A stretch of DNA of 64,000 nt from Hyaloraphidium curvatum SAG 235-1 (taxonomy: Eukaryota; Fungi; Monoblepharomycota), in NCBI GenBank assembly GCA_025558095.1, contig JAIVFI010000001.1, forward strand, positions 1,116,001 through 1,180,000, read 5' to 3'. This document shows positions 63,415 to 64,000 of the stretch, one piece after another. Numbering within the stretch: position 1 is the stretch's first letter; every line of letters begins with the position of its first letter. Position numbers and translations under genes: made by a program. The notes below the pieces were generated by a model. That model was not told where the DNA came from. It made no database searches and saw only the letters and a program-made list of their open reading frames with translations.

Positions 63415-64000
63415 ATGGCCACGGGAATCAGCGTGGCGCACGCCTCGGGCGGCCCCGGCACCGCGCCGCGCCCGAAGGAGGACCGCGTAGTGCGCATCGA
63501 CGACTTGGAGGCGCACGTGCGCAAGTCGTACTCGCCCGCACTGTCGGAGCCGCCGCCGCCGAGGCCGCCGAGCCAGTTCCCGCCGGGCCCGCTGCGCCTG
63601 TACGCCGTGTTCGACGGGCACTGCGGCTCGCTGGCCGCAACCTTCTGCCAGGCGCGGCTGCCGTACGAGCTGTGCGCCACGGCCGAGTTTGCCCGCGGAG
63701 ACTTCCCGGCCGCTCTCACCCGCACCTTTGCCAATCTCCATGCTGCTCTGCTCGCCGCGCCGGGCTACTCGCCGGAAGCCCCGCTCAACGACTTTTCTTC
63801 GGGCTGCACCGCGAGGTTCGTAGCTCGAATCGCCGCCAAGGCCGGTCGCTGACTCGTTTCGTCCCAGCGTCGCGCTCGTGACCCCCACCGACGCTCACTT
63901 TGCCGCCGTCGGCGACTCCCCGATCCTCGTCTGGCGCCGCTCCGACCCCGCGCCGGACATTCTCCTGCCCGAGATGGACATCGAGAACGCGGACCTGCAC
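63415..64000 (+). CDS. PP2C (PPM) protein phosphatase; 5' part, runs off the window
   Basis: KEDR, YAVFDGHCG, SGCTA; intron 63816-63867 then SVALV..AAVGDS; alternative ATG at 63322. Confidence 0.85.

Overview
A GC-rich, very compact eukaryotic window with about 40 protein-coding genes. Most introns are short (about 45-95 nt), GT-AG, often with CTRAC-like branch points, and many genes sit head-to-head across gaps of only 90-200 bp. The gene content points to an early-diverging, chytrid/monoblepharid-type fungus (inference): CHS5, a CBM18 chitinase, Cut8/Sts1 and an SPX phosphate transporter occur together with kinesin-2, DHCR7 and DDX21. I found no rRNA, tRNA, CRISPR array or recognisable transposase, and the many long antisense ORFs are GC-content shadows. 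The most striking locus is 55.5-57.3 kb. There, a mitochondrion-targeted WCPPC thioredoxin carries its active site on a 19-nt microexon flanked by two introns that are copies of each other. The 5' ends of both introns are complementary to one 15-nt site in intron 1, resembling docking-site/selector competing pairings. The gene is head-to-head with a mitochondrion-targeted, bacterial-type AhpD/CMD protein. Other highlights are two unusually long structured introns (sugar-nucleotide dehydratase and RPS13), a DUF2439-EXO1 bidirectional promoter with E2F-like sites, a CBM18/bacterial-type GH18 chimera, a bromodomain-less Snf2, a hidden 62-aa YABBY/HMG microprotein, and several bacterial-type enzymes that carry introns. 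All exon boundaries were assigned by eye, and family calls come from recalled motifs, not database searches.
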